Assembly (NCBI GenBank): GCA_020025515.1
Contig: JAHHRZ010000005.1
Coordinates: forward strand, 53,628 to 117,627
Direction: 5' to 3'
DNA length: 64,000 nucleotides
Origin: Oscillospiraceae bacterium
GTDB taxonomy: Bacteria; Bacillota; Clostridia; Oscillospirales; Oscillospiraceae
A program made the position numbers and the translations under genes. The notes below the pieces were generated by a model. That model made no database searches and was not told the DNA's origin. It was given only the letters and a program-made list of their open reading frames with translations. How positions within the stretch are numbered: position 1 is the stretch's first letter; the number at the start of each line of letters is the position of its first letter. Below are positions 1-9,495 of the stretch, one piece after another.

Positions 1-318
1 ATTTTAATGCCAAAAGTCAATGTATGTTTTCATCCTTGGGTATATTTCGTAAAAAACCATAAAATTTCTTATAGAAAACCAAAAATAAGACGAAGCCCCC
101 AGGGGGGATAGAATTTACGTCTTGCAAAGTATCGAAATTTGGAAAGATTTAGGGTGTGAGGTCTGGGGATTTCCTTTGAATGGAGGGAGAAAAACACCTT
201 GTTTGCAGGATTTTATTGGTGAGGAAAATACCCTTGTGAAATATATACAAAACAAAATAGCCGGGACGTTCCCCAGCCATGCAGACTGGATGGCAAAGGG
301 CAGGCAAAAAAAGAGATA

Positions 319-358
319 CAGCCCCTTCTTCCGGAGTGGTGTCCGGAAGAAGGGGCTG
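319..358 (-). terminator. Intrinsic terminator after helicase-dprA
   Basis: Perfect 17-bp inverted repeat cagccccttcttccgga/tccggaagaaggggctg, followed on the minus strand by a T-rich tract. Confidence 0.75.
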
Positions 359-398
359 CATAAAACAGGAAAATTCCCAAGGTGCATGTTTGCGGCGG

Positions 399-1271
399 TT
401 ATGGGATGGAAATGAATTCGGAAATATGAGGAAGCATCCGGCAGTCTATGGGAATCGCACCCTGTGAGTACAGCGCCTGCGCAGCAGCAGAGCCATCCTG
501 ATAACAATAGACGGGGCTCCAGTGGTGATGCAAATTGGCCTGTACGCCTGCCCAGGTTCCCCCCCGCCCCTGATTGCTTTGTGCAACCAAAGTCATTCGC
601 CCCAATGCGTGGATCAGGTGATTCCGAGACAGGGCACGCTGGGCGGTAAAGGGTAAATCAAAGCTGTCCTGACACAGATAGAGGGTTTTCTGATCGTTCT
701 GGTGTCCCAAAAAGCAATCGGGCAGAACGACGATGCAGGCGCCGCCTGAGACTGCGGCACCTTCCTGGGCGGTACGGTCCGCTCCTCTGGCCCCGCCGGA
801 TACCAGAACGCAGCTTTGCCGGGCAATTTCCTGCCCGGCCAGAGACGCAAACTCCCGGTTTGCAGGCCGAAGATCCCGGCTCCCCACCACGGAGATCAGG
901 GGATTATGTAAAAAGTCGGTGTTTCCCCAGGTCCAGAGTACGGGAGGGGCATGGGTTTTCATAACACGCAGCAGGTGCTGCGGATACTCAGGACTTAATC
1001 GGGTAAGGCAGCCATAGCCGCAGCGTGCGGCCTTGCGCAGATAAGTTTCCAGCAGCTCTTCCTGAGACAGCAGAAGCACGATGTGTTCCGCTTCCTGCTG
1101 GCTGCATCCCACAGACAGAAGAAGGCCACAGTCTACTTCCCGGTCCGCTTCCGGTTCCAACGTTAGAATTTTTTTGGATAATTTCCAATATTGCGATCCG
1201 GTAAGTGGGCTTCGCTCAGGATCTCCCAGATGAGAGGTCAGAAGCAGAAGTCCCGCCTCCCGGGGGTTCAA
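399..1271 (-). CDS. dprA: DprA/Smf-family DNA-processing protein
   Basis: Motifs YPQHL..PPVLWTWGN, SVVGSR, LVSGGARGADRTAQ, RNHLIHAL, GGTW; start overlaps the helicase stop. Confidence 0.85.
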   Translation of the reverse strand: MNPREAGLLLLTSHLGDPERSPLTGSQYWKLSKKILTLEPEADREVDCGLLLSVGCSQQEAEHIVLLLSQEELLETYLRKAARCGYGCLTRLSPEYPQHLLRVMKTHAPPVLWTWGNTDFLHNPLISVVGSRDLRPANREFASLAGQEIARQSCVLVSGGARGADRTAQEGAAVSGGACIVVLPDCFLGHQNDQKTLYLCQDSFDLPFTAQRALSRNHLIHALGRMTLVAQSNQGRGGTWAGVQANLHHHWSPVYCYQDGSAAAQALYSQGAIPIDCRMLPHISEFISIP

Positions 1272-2455
1272 CGGAACCGCCTCTTCACCACAGGGGCCTT
1301 CACCTCCTGCTGGGTGAGGGTGCCGTCCTCCTGCATGAGCATGGGGCAGATGGTGAAATCAGAGAATTTGGCAATTTCGTCCAGCTTTGCTTTTTCAGGG
1401 AAATTGCTGACCATGGAGTAGGCCGCACCCTTGCGCTTGGCCCGCCCGGTGCGTCCGATGCGGTGGATGTAGTATTCATTTTCCTCGGGAATGTCATAGT
1501 TGATCACACAATCCACATCATCTACGTCAATGCCCCGGGAGGCCACATCGGTGGCAATCAGAACGGGAAGTTTCCCTTCGTGGAACCTGCGCATGGTCTT
1601 TTCCCGCAGAGACTGCTTCACATCTCCGTGGATGCACTCGGCGCAGAGGCCGGCCTGCTGAAAATCATCACACAGCCGCTGACACATATGCTTGGTGTTG
1701 CAGAAAATCATGACCCGCTCAAAGCCCTGCGTGCGGATGAGCCGCAGAGTGGTTTCCGCTTTGGCAAGGGGGGTGGTAGTAATGGAGAACTGGTCGATAT
1801 CCGGACGATCCTGCAGCTTGGGCTCCACGGTGATCTCCACCTCGTTGCGCTGATACATCCAGGACACGGTCATGACCTCCTGAGAAATGGTGGCAGAGAA
1901 GAGACCCAGATTCTTTCGGTTTTTCACCTTTTCGATCAGCCGGGTTACATCCTTGAAGAAGCCCATGTCCAGCATCCGGTCTGCCTCGTCCAATACGATG
2001 GTCTTTACCTTGTCGAAACGGATATTTTTCCGGTTGTAGTGGTCCATCAGCCGGCCGGGGGTGGCAACGACGATCTGAGGCTTTTTCTCCAACGCCTTGG
2101 CCTGCGAGCCAATGGAGGCACCTCCATAAAGTACGGTCACCCGGATTCCCTTGTAGAAGGTCATAAGGCTTCTCAGTTCGTCGCAGATCTGAATGGCCAG
2201 TTCCCGGGTAGGGGCAAGAATAAGGCCCTGGACATCCTCACATTGTGGATCTACATGTTCCACCATGGGGATTCCAAAGGCGAAGGTTTTTCCGGTTCCG
2301 GTGGGGGCTTTGGCGATGACATCCTTCCATTCCATGAGAGGCGGGATGGCCTCCTTTTGAATGGAGGTGGGGTAGCCATAGCCTTTCTTTTCCAGGGCTT
2401 TCAGCATGGACTCGGACAGGCCCAACTCCTGAAAGGTAGTGGTTGTTTCAGACAT
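1268..2455 (-). CDS. DEAD-box ATP-dependent RNA helicase
   Basis: Q motif (PTSIQ), APTGTGKT, PTRELA, TPGRL, DEAD, SAT, HRIGRTGR. Confidence 0.95.
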   Translation of the reverse strand: MSETTTTFQELGLSESMLKALEKKGYGYPTSIQKEAIPPLMEWKDVIAKAPTGTGKTFAFGIPMVEHVDPQCEDVQGLILAPTRELAIQICDELRSLMTFYKGIRVTVLYGGASIGSQAKALEKKPQIVVATPGRLMDHYNRKNIRFDKVKTIVLDEADRMLDMGFFKDVTRLIEKVKNRKNLGLFSATISQEVMTVSWMYQRNEVEITVEPKLQDRPDIDQFSITTTPLAKAETTLRLIRTQGFERVMIFCNTKHMCQRLCDDFQQAGLCAECIHGDVKQSLREKTMRRFHEGKLPVLIATDVASRGIDVDDVDCVINYDIPEENEYYIHRIGRTGRAKRKGAAYSMVSNFPEKAKLDEIAKFSDFTICPMLMQEDGTLTQQEVKAPVVKRRFR

Positions 2456-2490
2456 GTTGATTCTTTCCTTTTATCATTGATATTTTTCTC

Positions 2491-2519
2491 AGTATATCAG
2501 ATTTTGACAGAGTTTGCAA
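2491..2519 (-). promoter_or_regulatory. Sigma-A promoter of helicase-dprA
   Basis: TTGCAA-N17-TATACT with TG extension. Confidence 0.6.
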
Positions 2520-2638
2520 CATAGAGCCATTCTGTTTCCCGATGGAAGATGGAAGGCATTTGATATCAAATTCCTAAATTTTCCCCCTTTGTGGAAAGAA
2601 AAATCCTCTGCCGGTCTGAGGCCTGGCAGAGGATTCAT

Positions 2639-4012
2639 TTACATGGGGAGCAGCATACTGGCGATTGCAAAATAGACCAGCAAAGACAGCGCATCCACAA
2701 TGGTGGAAATAAAGGGACTTGCCATAACGGCAGGATCCAGTCCCAGCTTTTTCGCGCCCATAGGGAGGATGCAGCCCACGGTTTTAGCCACCAACACGGT
2801 CAGGGCCATGGTTACGCTGACTACAACGGCCACCAGGACGGGAACATCGTTTCCAAAAGCCAGATTTTCCAACAGGATGATCTTTAAAAAGCATGCGATG
2901 GACAATACAATGCCGCAGCACACAGCCGTGCGGATTTCCTTCCAGATCACCATGGGAAGATCCCGGAATTCCAGCTCGTCCAGAGACAGTGCACGAATGA
3001 TGGTGACGGAGGACTGAGAACCGGAGTTGCCGCCGGTGCCCATAAGCATAGGGATAAAGGCGGTCAGTGCGGCCTGTGCCGCCAGGGCACTTTCAAAGCT
3101 GGTGATAATCATACTGGTGAAGCTGGCAGAGACCATCATAATGAGAAGCCAGGGGATTCTCTGCTTAAACAGGTCCCAGACCCGGGCTCTGCTGTATGTC
3201 TTTTCGGAAGGAGACATACCGCTCATAATTTCAATATCTTCCGTGGCCTCTTCTTCCATGACATCCATGGCATCATCGAAGGTCACAATACCGATCATAC
3301 GATTGTCGGTATCTACAACAGGAATGGCAAGAAAGTTATATTTCGCAAACATCCGGGCCACTTCTTCCTGGTCCGTAAGGGTGCTGACGGAGATCACATT
3401 GGTTTCCATCAGATCCTCAATGGGGGTGTCATCATCCTCTGCAAGCAGCAGATCTTTCACGCTGACGAGACCCACAAGGGTTCGGTTCTGGGTCACATAG
3501 CAGGTATAGATGGTTTCCTTGTCCAGACCTGTGCGGCGGATGCGGAGAATACTCTCTCCCACGGTCATTTGCGGCCGAAGCCCGACATACTCCGTGGTCA
3601 TAATGGAGCCGGCAGAGTTTTCGGGATAACGCAGTAATTCATTGATAGACTTTCTGGTGTCGGGGTCTGCCTGCGCCAGGATTCTGCGAACCACATTGGC
3701 AGGCATTTCTTCTATCAGATCTACCGCATCATCCAGATACAGCTCATCTACCACTTCTTTTAATTCTTTGTCAGAAAAGCCTTGAATCAGCATTTGCTGA
3801 TGCTCCGGCTCCATCTCTACAAATGTCTCTGCCGCCAGTTCCTTGGGCAGCAGCCGGAACAGCAGAGGGATTCGCTCCTGCTCCAACTCCAGAAATACGC
3901 CGGCAATGTCGCTGGGGTTCATCGTCACAAGGATATCTCGCAGAGACGGGTATTTTTTCTCTTCCAGAAGAGACATTATCATCTTCTTCAGGATGAGCGC
4001 CTGATTTTCCAT
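2639..4012 (-). CDS. mgtE: Magnesium transporter MgtE
   Basis: N domain, tandem CBS (YPENSAGSIMTTE), PMLMGTGGNSGSQ, DPAVMASPFISTIVD. Confidence 0.95.
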   Translation of the reverse strand: MENQALILKKMIMSLLEEKKYPSLRDILVTMNPSDIAGVFLELEQERIPLLFRLLPKELAAETFVEMEPEHQQMLIQGFSDKELKEVVDELYLDDAVDLIEEMPANVVRRILAQADPDTRKSINELLRYPENSAGSIMTTEYVGLRPQMTVGESILRIRRTGLDKETIYTCYVTQNRTLVGLVSVKDLLLAEDDDTPIEDLMETNVISVSTLTDQEEVARMFAKYNFLAIPVVDTDNRMIGIVTFDDAMDVMEEEATEDIEIMSGMSPSEKTYSRARVWDLFKQRIPWLLIMMVSASFTSMIITSFESALAAQAALTAFIPMLMGTGGNSGSQSSVTIIRALSLDELEFRDLPMVIWKEIRTAVCCGIVLSIACFLKIILLENLAFGNDVPVLVAVVVSVTMALTVLVAKTVGCILPMGAKKLGLDPAVMASPFISTIVDALSLLVYFAIASMLLPM

Positions 4013-4075
4013 GAATGTTTCCTCCTAACCTCTTTTGTTGCCCATTAGGAAGTAAAAACACACAGGGGGCCGGTA

Positions 4076-4168
4076 TTATGCTGCAAGGGTCGGAAGCTGC
4101 CACGGATGCGAGGCTGCTGACCCGGGGGTACTTCGGCCCGCTGTCGTGCTGTTACTGCCTGCGTCCAT
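4076..4168 (-). CDS. Putative 30-aa leader peptide of mgtE (MDAGSNSTTAGRSTPGSAASHPWQLPTLAA)
   Basis: Strong SD AAAGGAGG before ATG; lies between a consensus promoter and mgtE; too short for the ORF track. Confidence 0.65.
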   Translation of the reverse strand: MDAGSNSTTAGRSTPGSAASHPWQLPTLAA

Positions 4169-4220
4169 GATAGATTCCCTCCTTTGAATGCATTTGTTAC
4201 ATTACTACCTCAACCATACA

Positions 4221-4249
4221 ATTATATCGCTATTTTTTGCTGATGTCAA
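4221..4249 (-). promoter_or_regulatory. Sigma-A promoter of leader-mgtE
   Basis: Perfect TTGACA-N17-TATAAT. Confidence 0.85.
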
Positions 4250-4439
4250 ACGGTTTTCTGATGTTACCGAACGTATTTGGAACATAGGTGCATGTTCAGG
4301 CTTTGGCTCTGCCCTGGGCTGGGGAAATTTTCATAAGTTTGATTATTTTTCCCTTTTCTTTGTGTTTTCGTCCTTGCAGTCATAGAGAAAACATGCTAAA
4401 ATCAGAGATTGCTATATTTGCGTGTCCATAAGGAGGAAT

Positions 4440-5837
4440 ATGATGGAACAAGAACAGACCAACGTACAACTAACGCAAACCCCGATTTCCAAACTTCTAC
4501 TGAAATTTTCCATTCCTTGCGTCACCAGCTTGCTGATTGGTGCGTTATACAATATTGTTGACCAGATCTTTATTGGAAACAGCTCTCTGGGTTATTTGGG
4601 CAATGCGGCTACCGGCGTATCTTTCCCGATTCTGTGTATTGCGCACGCCTTTGCCTGGTGTGTGGGAGACGGCGCGGCTTCTTTTTTGAGCATATGTGCC
4701 GGACGGAGGGACAATCAGAAAGCCCATCAATGTGTGGGAACAGGCATTACCATGACGGGAATCATCAGTCTGGTGCTTATGCTAATCTGCCTTTTGTTCT
4801 GCGAGCCCCTTATGAGGCTCTTTGGGGCTTCGGATCAGACCATCACCATGGCCGTGGATTATTTTACCATTATTGTGTGCTTTTTCCCCCTGTATTTGCA
4901 GGTCAATGTAATTAACAGCGTCATTCGTGCAGACGGATCCCCCACCTATGCCATGGCGGCTATGCTGACTGGCGCCATTACCAATCTTGTGTTGGATCCC
5001 ATTTTTATTTTCGTGTTGGACTGGGGGATCAAGGGGGCCGCCTGGGCAACGGTTTTGGGACAGACCCTTTCGTTTATCTTCAGTGTGGCCTATTTCCGTA
5101 AGCCGAAAAACTTCCGCTTGACCAAATCCAGTTTTCGGCTGAATTGGAGAATCCTAAAGGAAATGCTTCCTCTGGGTGCGTCCTCCTTTGTCACGCAGAT
5201 TGCGGTGGTAGTGGTGACGCTGACCTGCAATATCATGCTGGCCCGTTACGGAAAGCTCTCCGTCTACGGTCAGGACATTGCGATTTCTGTGTTTAGCATC
5301 CAGACCAAGGTGTATACGGTGGTGATCAACATTGTAGTAGGCATTGTTCTGGGGGGACAGCCTATTTTCGGCTATAATTATGGAGCGGGCCGGATGGATC
5401 GGGTAAAAGAGGCGTATCGTCTGGTGCTGCTGTCTACCTTGGTGGTAGGCACCGTCGCTACCGCAATTTTTGAGTTCTGGCCTCAGGCTGTGATTGGACT
5501 TTTTGGCTCCGGAGATGCCTTGTATCAGGAATTCGCGGTGAAAACATTCCGGATTTACCTGTCCTTGACCACGGTGACCTGCATTGTGAAAATGTCCGCC
5601 ATTTTCTTCCAGTCCATTGGCCGCTCTGTGCGGGCAGTGTCGGCTTCTTTGATCCGTGACATTGTATGCTTTACCCCGCTGGCCATTTTGCTGCCCTATT
5701 TTCTTGAGCGCAGCAACCCCGGCACCGGCATTGACGGCATCCTCTATGCTGCTCCTTTGGCAGACTTTGTCTCTCTGATCGTGGTGGTTTCCCTTACGAT
5801 TCCGTTTTTTCGGTCAGTCAACCGGCATCAAAAGTAA
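4440..5837 (+). CDS. MATE-family efflux transporter (MepA-like)
   Basis: LYNIVDQIFIG, NLVLDPIFIF, WGIKGAAWAT, GYNYGAG; SD AAGGAGG places the start at 4440. Confidence 0.92.
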   Translation: MMEQEQTNVQLTQTPISKLLLKFSIPCVTSLLIGALYNIVDQIFIGNSSLGYLGNAATGVSFPILCIAHAFAWCVGDGAASFLSICAGRRDNQKAHQCVGTGITMTGIISLVLMLICLLFCEPLMRLFGASDQTITMAVDYFTIIVCFFPLYLQVNVINSVIRADGSPTYAMAAMLTGAITNLVLDPIFIFVLDWGIKGAAWATVLGQTLSFIFSVAYFRKPKNFRLTKSSFRLNWRILKEMLPLGASSFVTQIAVVVVTLTCNIMLARYGKLSVYGQDIAISVFSIQTKVYTVVINIVVGIVLGGQPIFGYNYGAGRMDRVKEAYRLVLLSTLVVGTVATAIFEFWPQAVIGLFGSGDALYQEFAVKTFRIYLSLTTVTCIVKMSAIFFQSIGRSVRAVSASLIRDIVCFTPLAILLPYFLERSNPGTGIDGILYAAPLADFVSLIVVVSLTIPFFRSVNRHQK

Positions 5838-5840
5838 AAA

Positions 5841-5865
5841 CGCCCCCGACCTGAGATCGGGGGCG
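5841..5865 (-). terminator. Terminator between the convergent MATE and epimerase genes
   Basis: cgcccccga/tcgggggcg stem with an A-run on its left side. Confidence 0.7.
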
Positions 5866-5875
5866 CAAGGATGAT

Positions 5876-6748
5876 TTACCAGATGGTGATGGACCAGTCG
5901 TTGGAGAACATCTCTCCTGCGGGGACGGAAATCACGTCGGGGAAGGTGGCCAGGTCTTCCAGCAGATCCCGGCCCGGGAGGGTGGCCCAGGGCTCAATGC
6001 ACAGGTAGGGCGCATCGGTTTTAGGCTGGTGCCAGAACCCCACATAGGGCATCTGGGGATAGCTCACGGTGACACCGTGGCTGCCCTTGGGGGAGCTGAG
6101 GGTAACACTCCGGGGGGCATCGGCCAGAACCACGGCATCATTGTCGAAGAGATCGTGGGTCAGAGGCAGCTTTCTGTCCTCCACCAGATGGTATTCAGGC
6201 CGCTGAGGAGCAACCTGAAGGCTGGGAGAGAAGGTGATCTGGTGCGGCTTGCAGGGCTCTGCATAAGTCAGCTCGTAATCCTCAAACTTCAAGCCTTCCT
6301 CCATGGGGACATTAAAGCCGGGGTGACCGCCCATGCCGCAGTACAGAGGCTTGTCAGACTGGTTTTCCACCTGAAAAGCGATCTTGAGGGTGCCGCCCTC
6401 CAGTTCATAGCGGATGCGGAAAATAAAGTGATAGGGATACATCTTACGGGTCTTTTCGTTGTCCTGCAGGGCAAAGCAGCAGGCGGTTTCGGAAACGGAT
6501 TCCAGAGTCATCTGGGATTTGCGCACGAAGCCGTGACGCTCCATGGGGTACTTGACACCCTCCAGAGTGTAGCTTGCCTCGTGGAGTCTGCCCACAAAGG
6601 GGAAGAGGTTAGGCGCCTGGCCGGACCAGTAGGCGGGATCGCCCTGCCACATATATTCCCGTCCGGAGACGGCATCTTTGATGGAGGTGAGGGTAGCGCC
6701 CTCGGGATTGATGGTGACAATCAGCTTGTCGTTGGAAATCTGAGTCAT
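5876..6748 (-). CDS. Aldose 1-epimerase family protein (LacX-like)
   Basis: EYMWQGDPAYWSGQAPNLFPFVGRL, HGF, GGHPGF, YLCIEPW; start chosen from SD AAGGAG. Confidence 0.9.
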   Translation of the reverse strand: MTQISNDKLIVTINPEGATLTSIKDAVSGREYMWQGDPAYWSGQAPNLFPFVGRLHEASYTLEGVKYPMERHGFVRKSQMTLESVSETACCFALQDNEKTRKMYPYHFIFRIRYELEGGTLKIAFQVENQSDKPLYCGMGGHPGFNVPMEEGLKFEDYELTYAEPCKPHQITFSPSLQVAPQRPEYHLVEDRKLPLTHDLFDNDAVVLADAPRSVTLSSPKGSHGVTVSYPQMPYVGFWHQPKTDAPYLCIEPWATLPGRDLLEDLATFPDVISVPAGEMFSNDWSITIW

Positions 6749-6913
6749 ACTTGATATCTCCTTCATGGTTATGATAGGAATTTCATCCGGCTGGGATTCC
6801 GGGAAAAGACCTTATATCAGTTTTATTGTAGCAAATTATAACAGAAATGAAAAGAGGCAGTTTTCATTTCACCGTAAGCTTGTGGCGTAAGGACACAGAA
6901 AGGAGCCGATAAA

Positions 6914-7945
6914 ATGTTGAATGACCTTCCAACTCTGCTTTTGCCCTGGTATCGGGAACATCACCGGGATCTGCCCTGGCGGCAGGACCAGGAGCCATAT
7001 CATATCTGGATTTCCGAGATTATGCTCCAACAGACCCGGGTGGAGGCGGTACGGGGCTATTACAGCCGCTTTCTTCAGCGACTTCCCACCATTGCCGCTC
7101 TGGCAGAGGCACCGGACGAGGAGCTGCGCAAGCTTTGGGAGGGATTGGGCTACTATACAAGAGTGCGCAATCTCAAGAAGGCGGCACAGGTCATGGTTAC
7201 TGAGTACAACGGGGCGTTCCCCAAAACCTACAAAGAGGTTTTGGCGCTTCCGGGAATTGGTCCCTATACGGCAGGTGCCATTTGCTCCATTGCCTTTCAT
7301 CTGCCCACTCCGGCAGTGGATGGAAATGTTCTGCGGGTCCTGGCCCGACTCCGGGGAGATGAAACCCCCATCGATTTACCCCAGACCCAGAAAATGGTCC
7401 GTCAGGAGTTGGAGGCAGTCTACCCCAAAGAGGCACCGGGAGACTTTACCCAGGCGCTGATGGAATTGGGAGCCACCGTATGTGTGCCCAACGGGGCACC
7501 CAAGTGTGAAAGCTGCCCCTTGAGCGAAATTTGCAAAAGCAGGGAAGAGGGGACCTGGGAGAAACTCCCCAGACGCAGTCCTAAAAAGCCCAGACGGCAG
7601 GAAGACCACACAGTATTTTTGATGGAATGTGAAGGGGCTTTTGCGGTGTCACAGCGTGGGGCTTCCGGTCTTTTGGCCGGCCTGTGGCAATTTCCCAATG
7701 TACCGGGAAAGCTGACAGAGGCGCAGGCGATGCTTCAGGCTGAGCAATGGGGGGTACACCCGGAAAACCTGATTTTCTCAGTGGAGCGGGAGCATATCTT
7801 TACCCATGTCCAGTGGAATCTGCGATGCTATAAATTGACATGCAAAGTGCGCAGTCAGGCTTTTCGCTGGCATAGCGCCAAAGAGATCGATGACACCTTG
7901 ACGCTGCCAACGGCATTTCGTCAGTTCCGCGACTTGTTGGAATGA
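6914..7945 (+). CDS. mutY: A/G-specific adenine glycosylase
   Basis: ISEIMLQQTRV, WEGLGYY, HhH LPGIGPYTAGA, VDGNV, Fe-S motif C-x7-CxxCxxxxxC. Confidence 0.95.
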   Translation: MLNDLPTLLLPWYREHHRDLPWRQDQEPYHIWISEIMLQQTRVEAVRGYYSRFLQRLPTIAALAEAPDEELRKLWEGLGYYTRVRNLKKAAQVMVTEYNGAFPKTYKEVLALPGIGPYTAGAICSIAFHLPTPAVDGNVLRVLARLRGDETPIDLPQTQKMVRQELEAVYPKEAPGDFTQALMELGATVCVPNGAPKCESCPLSEICKSREEGTWEKLPRRSPKKPRRQEDHTVFLMECEGAFAVSQRGASGLLAGLWQFPNVPGKLTEAQAMLQAEQWGVHPENLIFSVEREHIFTHVQWNLRCYKLTCKVRSQAFRWHSAKEIDDTLTLPTAFRQFRDLLE

Positions 7946-8033
7946 TGGTTGGTGCAATGTGTTGAAATATACAGAGGAAATTTGGAAATAAATGTATAAA
8001 AAGTCGAAAACGACCAGCCTTTGCGCAATGTTG

Positions 8034-8063
8034 TTGACAATACACCATTTTTACAACTATAAT
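8034..8063 (+). promoter_or_regulatory. Sigma-A promoter of degV
   Basis: TTGACA-N18-TATAAT. Confidence 0.7.
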
Positions 8064-8109
8064 GACCCAAATAAACCCTATCCCCAAATAAAATCGAGAG
8101 GATTATTTT

Positions 8110-8982
8110 ATGTCACTGACTAAACTCATTACCGACGCCGCCAGCGACATCTCCTATACAGATGAGACTCAGTATGGCATCCGGGTCATTCCCTTTCAGG
8201 TGGCCCTGGGAGATCGCTCTTTTCTCAGCCGCATAGATCTGGACAATCAGGGCTTTTATGAGCTTATGGAGCAGTATGATGAGATCCCTAAGACTGCCCA
8301 GGTGACGCCCTTCCAGTTTCAGGAAATTTATCTGCAGGAGGCACAGGCCGGAGTTACGGATATCATTCTGGTGCTCATCAACGACAAAGGCTCTGCCACA
8401 TATGGAAATTCCCTGCTGGCAATAGACATGTTTTTTGAGGAGCATCCGGAGTATGCGGGAAAGATAAAAATTCGCAGCTTTGACGGCGCAGGCTATTCTT
8501 CCCTTTACGGTGCACCTGTGGTGGAGGCAGCCAAGCTGCTGGAAGCGGGAAAAAGTGCCGAAGAGGTGTGCTCCTATTTGGAGACTACCCTGCCTAATCG
8601 ACAGATATTCTTTGGGATGTATACCCTGCGATATGCAGCCAAGTCCGGACGGATTCCCAGTGCTGCCGCATTTCTGGGAGATAAGCTGAATCTCAAGCCC
8701 ATCATGAAGATTCATGGAGGCGAAATCGTCACCGCAGGCAAGTGCCGGGGAGAAAACAAGCTGATTTCCAAGGTGGTGGACATGACGCTGGCAGCCATGG
8801 AACCTGGCTCTGCCTATGAGGTCATCTGCGGCAACGACCCCCAATGTGCCCAAGAGGCTGCGGAGCTGATGCAGCGGCACCTGGGCTATGGTCCTGCGGC
8901 TACCTACCAGATTGGCGCTGTGATTGCAGCCAATTCCGGCCCCAAGGTTGTGGCAATTTCCTTTCACAAAAAAGCGGAATAA
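8110..8982 (+). CDS. DegV/FakB-family fatty-acid-binding protein
   Basis: ITDAASDI, PKTAQ, SATY, KSGRI, LNLKPI, IGAVIAANSGP. Confidence 0.9.
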   Translation: MSLTKLITDAASDISYTDETQYGIRVIPFQVALGDRSFLSRIDLDNQGFYELMEQYDEIPKTAQVTPFQFQEIYLQEAQAGVTDIILVLINDKGSATYGNSLLAIDMFFEEHPEYAGKIKIRSFDGAGYSSLYGAPVVEAAKLLEAGKSAEEVCSYLETTLPNRQIFFGMYTLRYAAKSGRIPSAAAFLGDKLNLKPIMKIHGGEIVTAGKCRGENKLISKVVDMTLAAMEPGSAYEVICGNDPQCAQEAAELMQRHLGYGPAATYQIGAVIAANSGPKVVAISFHKKAE

Positions 8983-8988
8983 AAGTGT

Positions 8989-9030
8989 GCAGGGCTGACT
9001 TACTGAGAAATAGGTCGGCCCTGCTTTTTT
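8989..9030 (+). terminator. Terminator after degV
   Basis: gcagggctgac...gtcggccctgc followed by T6. Confidence 0.75.
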
Positions 9031-9111
9031 GCGGGTTACTGCAAAAGAAAATCATTTGCTTTGTTGTAAAGAAAAACGATGTGATACTTTAAAGAATACG
9101 GAGGGGATTTT

Positions 9112-9339
9112 ATGCCAAGCTATGAAGTTGTTCGCAAGATGAACAACCATTGTCCCAGAAATCAGATGCGGGATGTGTTTTTTGAGGAAGTGGATACCGA
9201 CGACCCGGAAGAATATGTCAGAACCTTTCTCAAGGGAAAGGCCCAGGAGATCAGAACGGAAACCTTGCCTGATGGGGATGTAGAAGTTTATGCCGTTTGT
9301 GATGGGATTAGTCAGTGTTTTTTGTTCACATTGGATTGA
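9112..9339 (+). CDS. Small acidic hypothetical protein (75 aa)
   Basis: SD GGAGGG with good spacing; fills the intergenic gap; protein-like composition. Confidence 0.7.
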   Translation: MPSYEVVRKMNNHCPRNQMRDVFFEEVDTDDPEEYVRTFLKGKAQEIRTETLPDGDVEVYAVCDGISQCFLFTLD

Positions 9340-9377
9340 AAAAGACAATGTATGTCGCTAAAATGAGAAAATTCTGG

Positions 9378-9406
9378 TTGAAATTGTCAGCGGTATGTGT
9401 TACGAT
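9378..9406 (+). promoter_or_regulatory. Sigma-A promoter of the metF-acs cluster
   Basis: TTGAAA-N17-TACGAT with TGn extension. Confidence 0.55.
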
Positions 9407-9495
9407 ATATTCGTATCGGTATGGGCGTAGTGTGCCCATACGGTTATCCAACTGTTCCAGTAAACATAATTATAATTATTTAGGAGGTAATTACA

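Noticed and set aside
115..507. Short ORFs at the left edge
   Set aside because: They overlap a terminator and the end of dprA, and have no SD or motif support
4021..4200. M-box (ykoK) riboswitch expected upstream of mgtE
   Set aside because: Conserved M-box sequence elements not recognisable; the uORF model fits better. An Rfam scan would settle it
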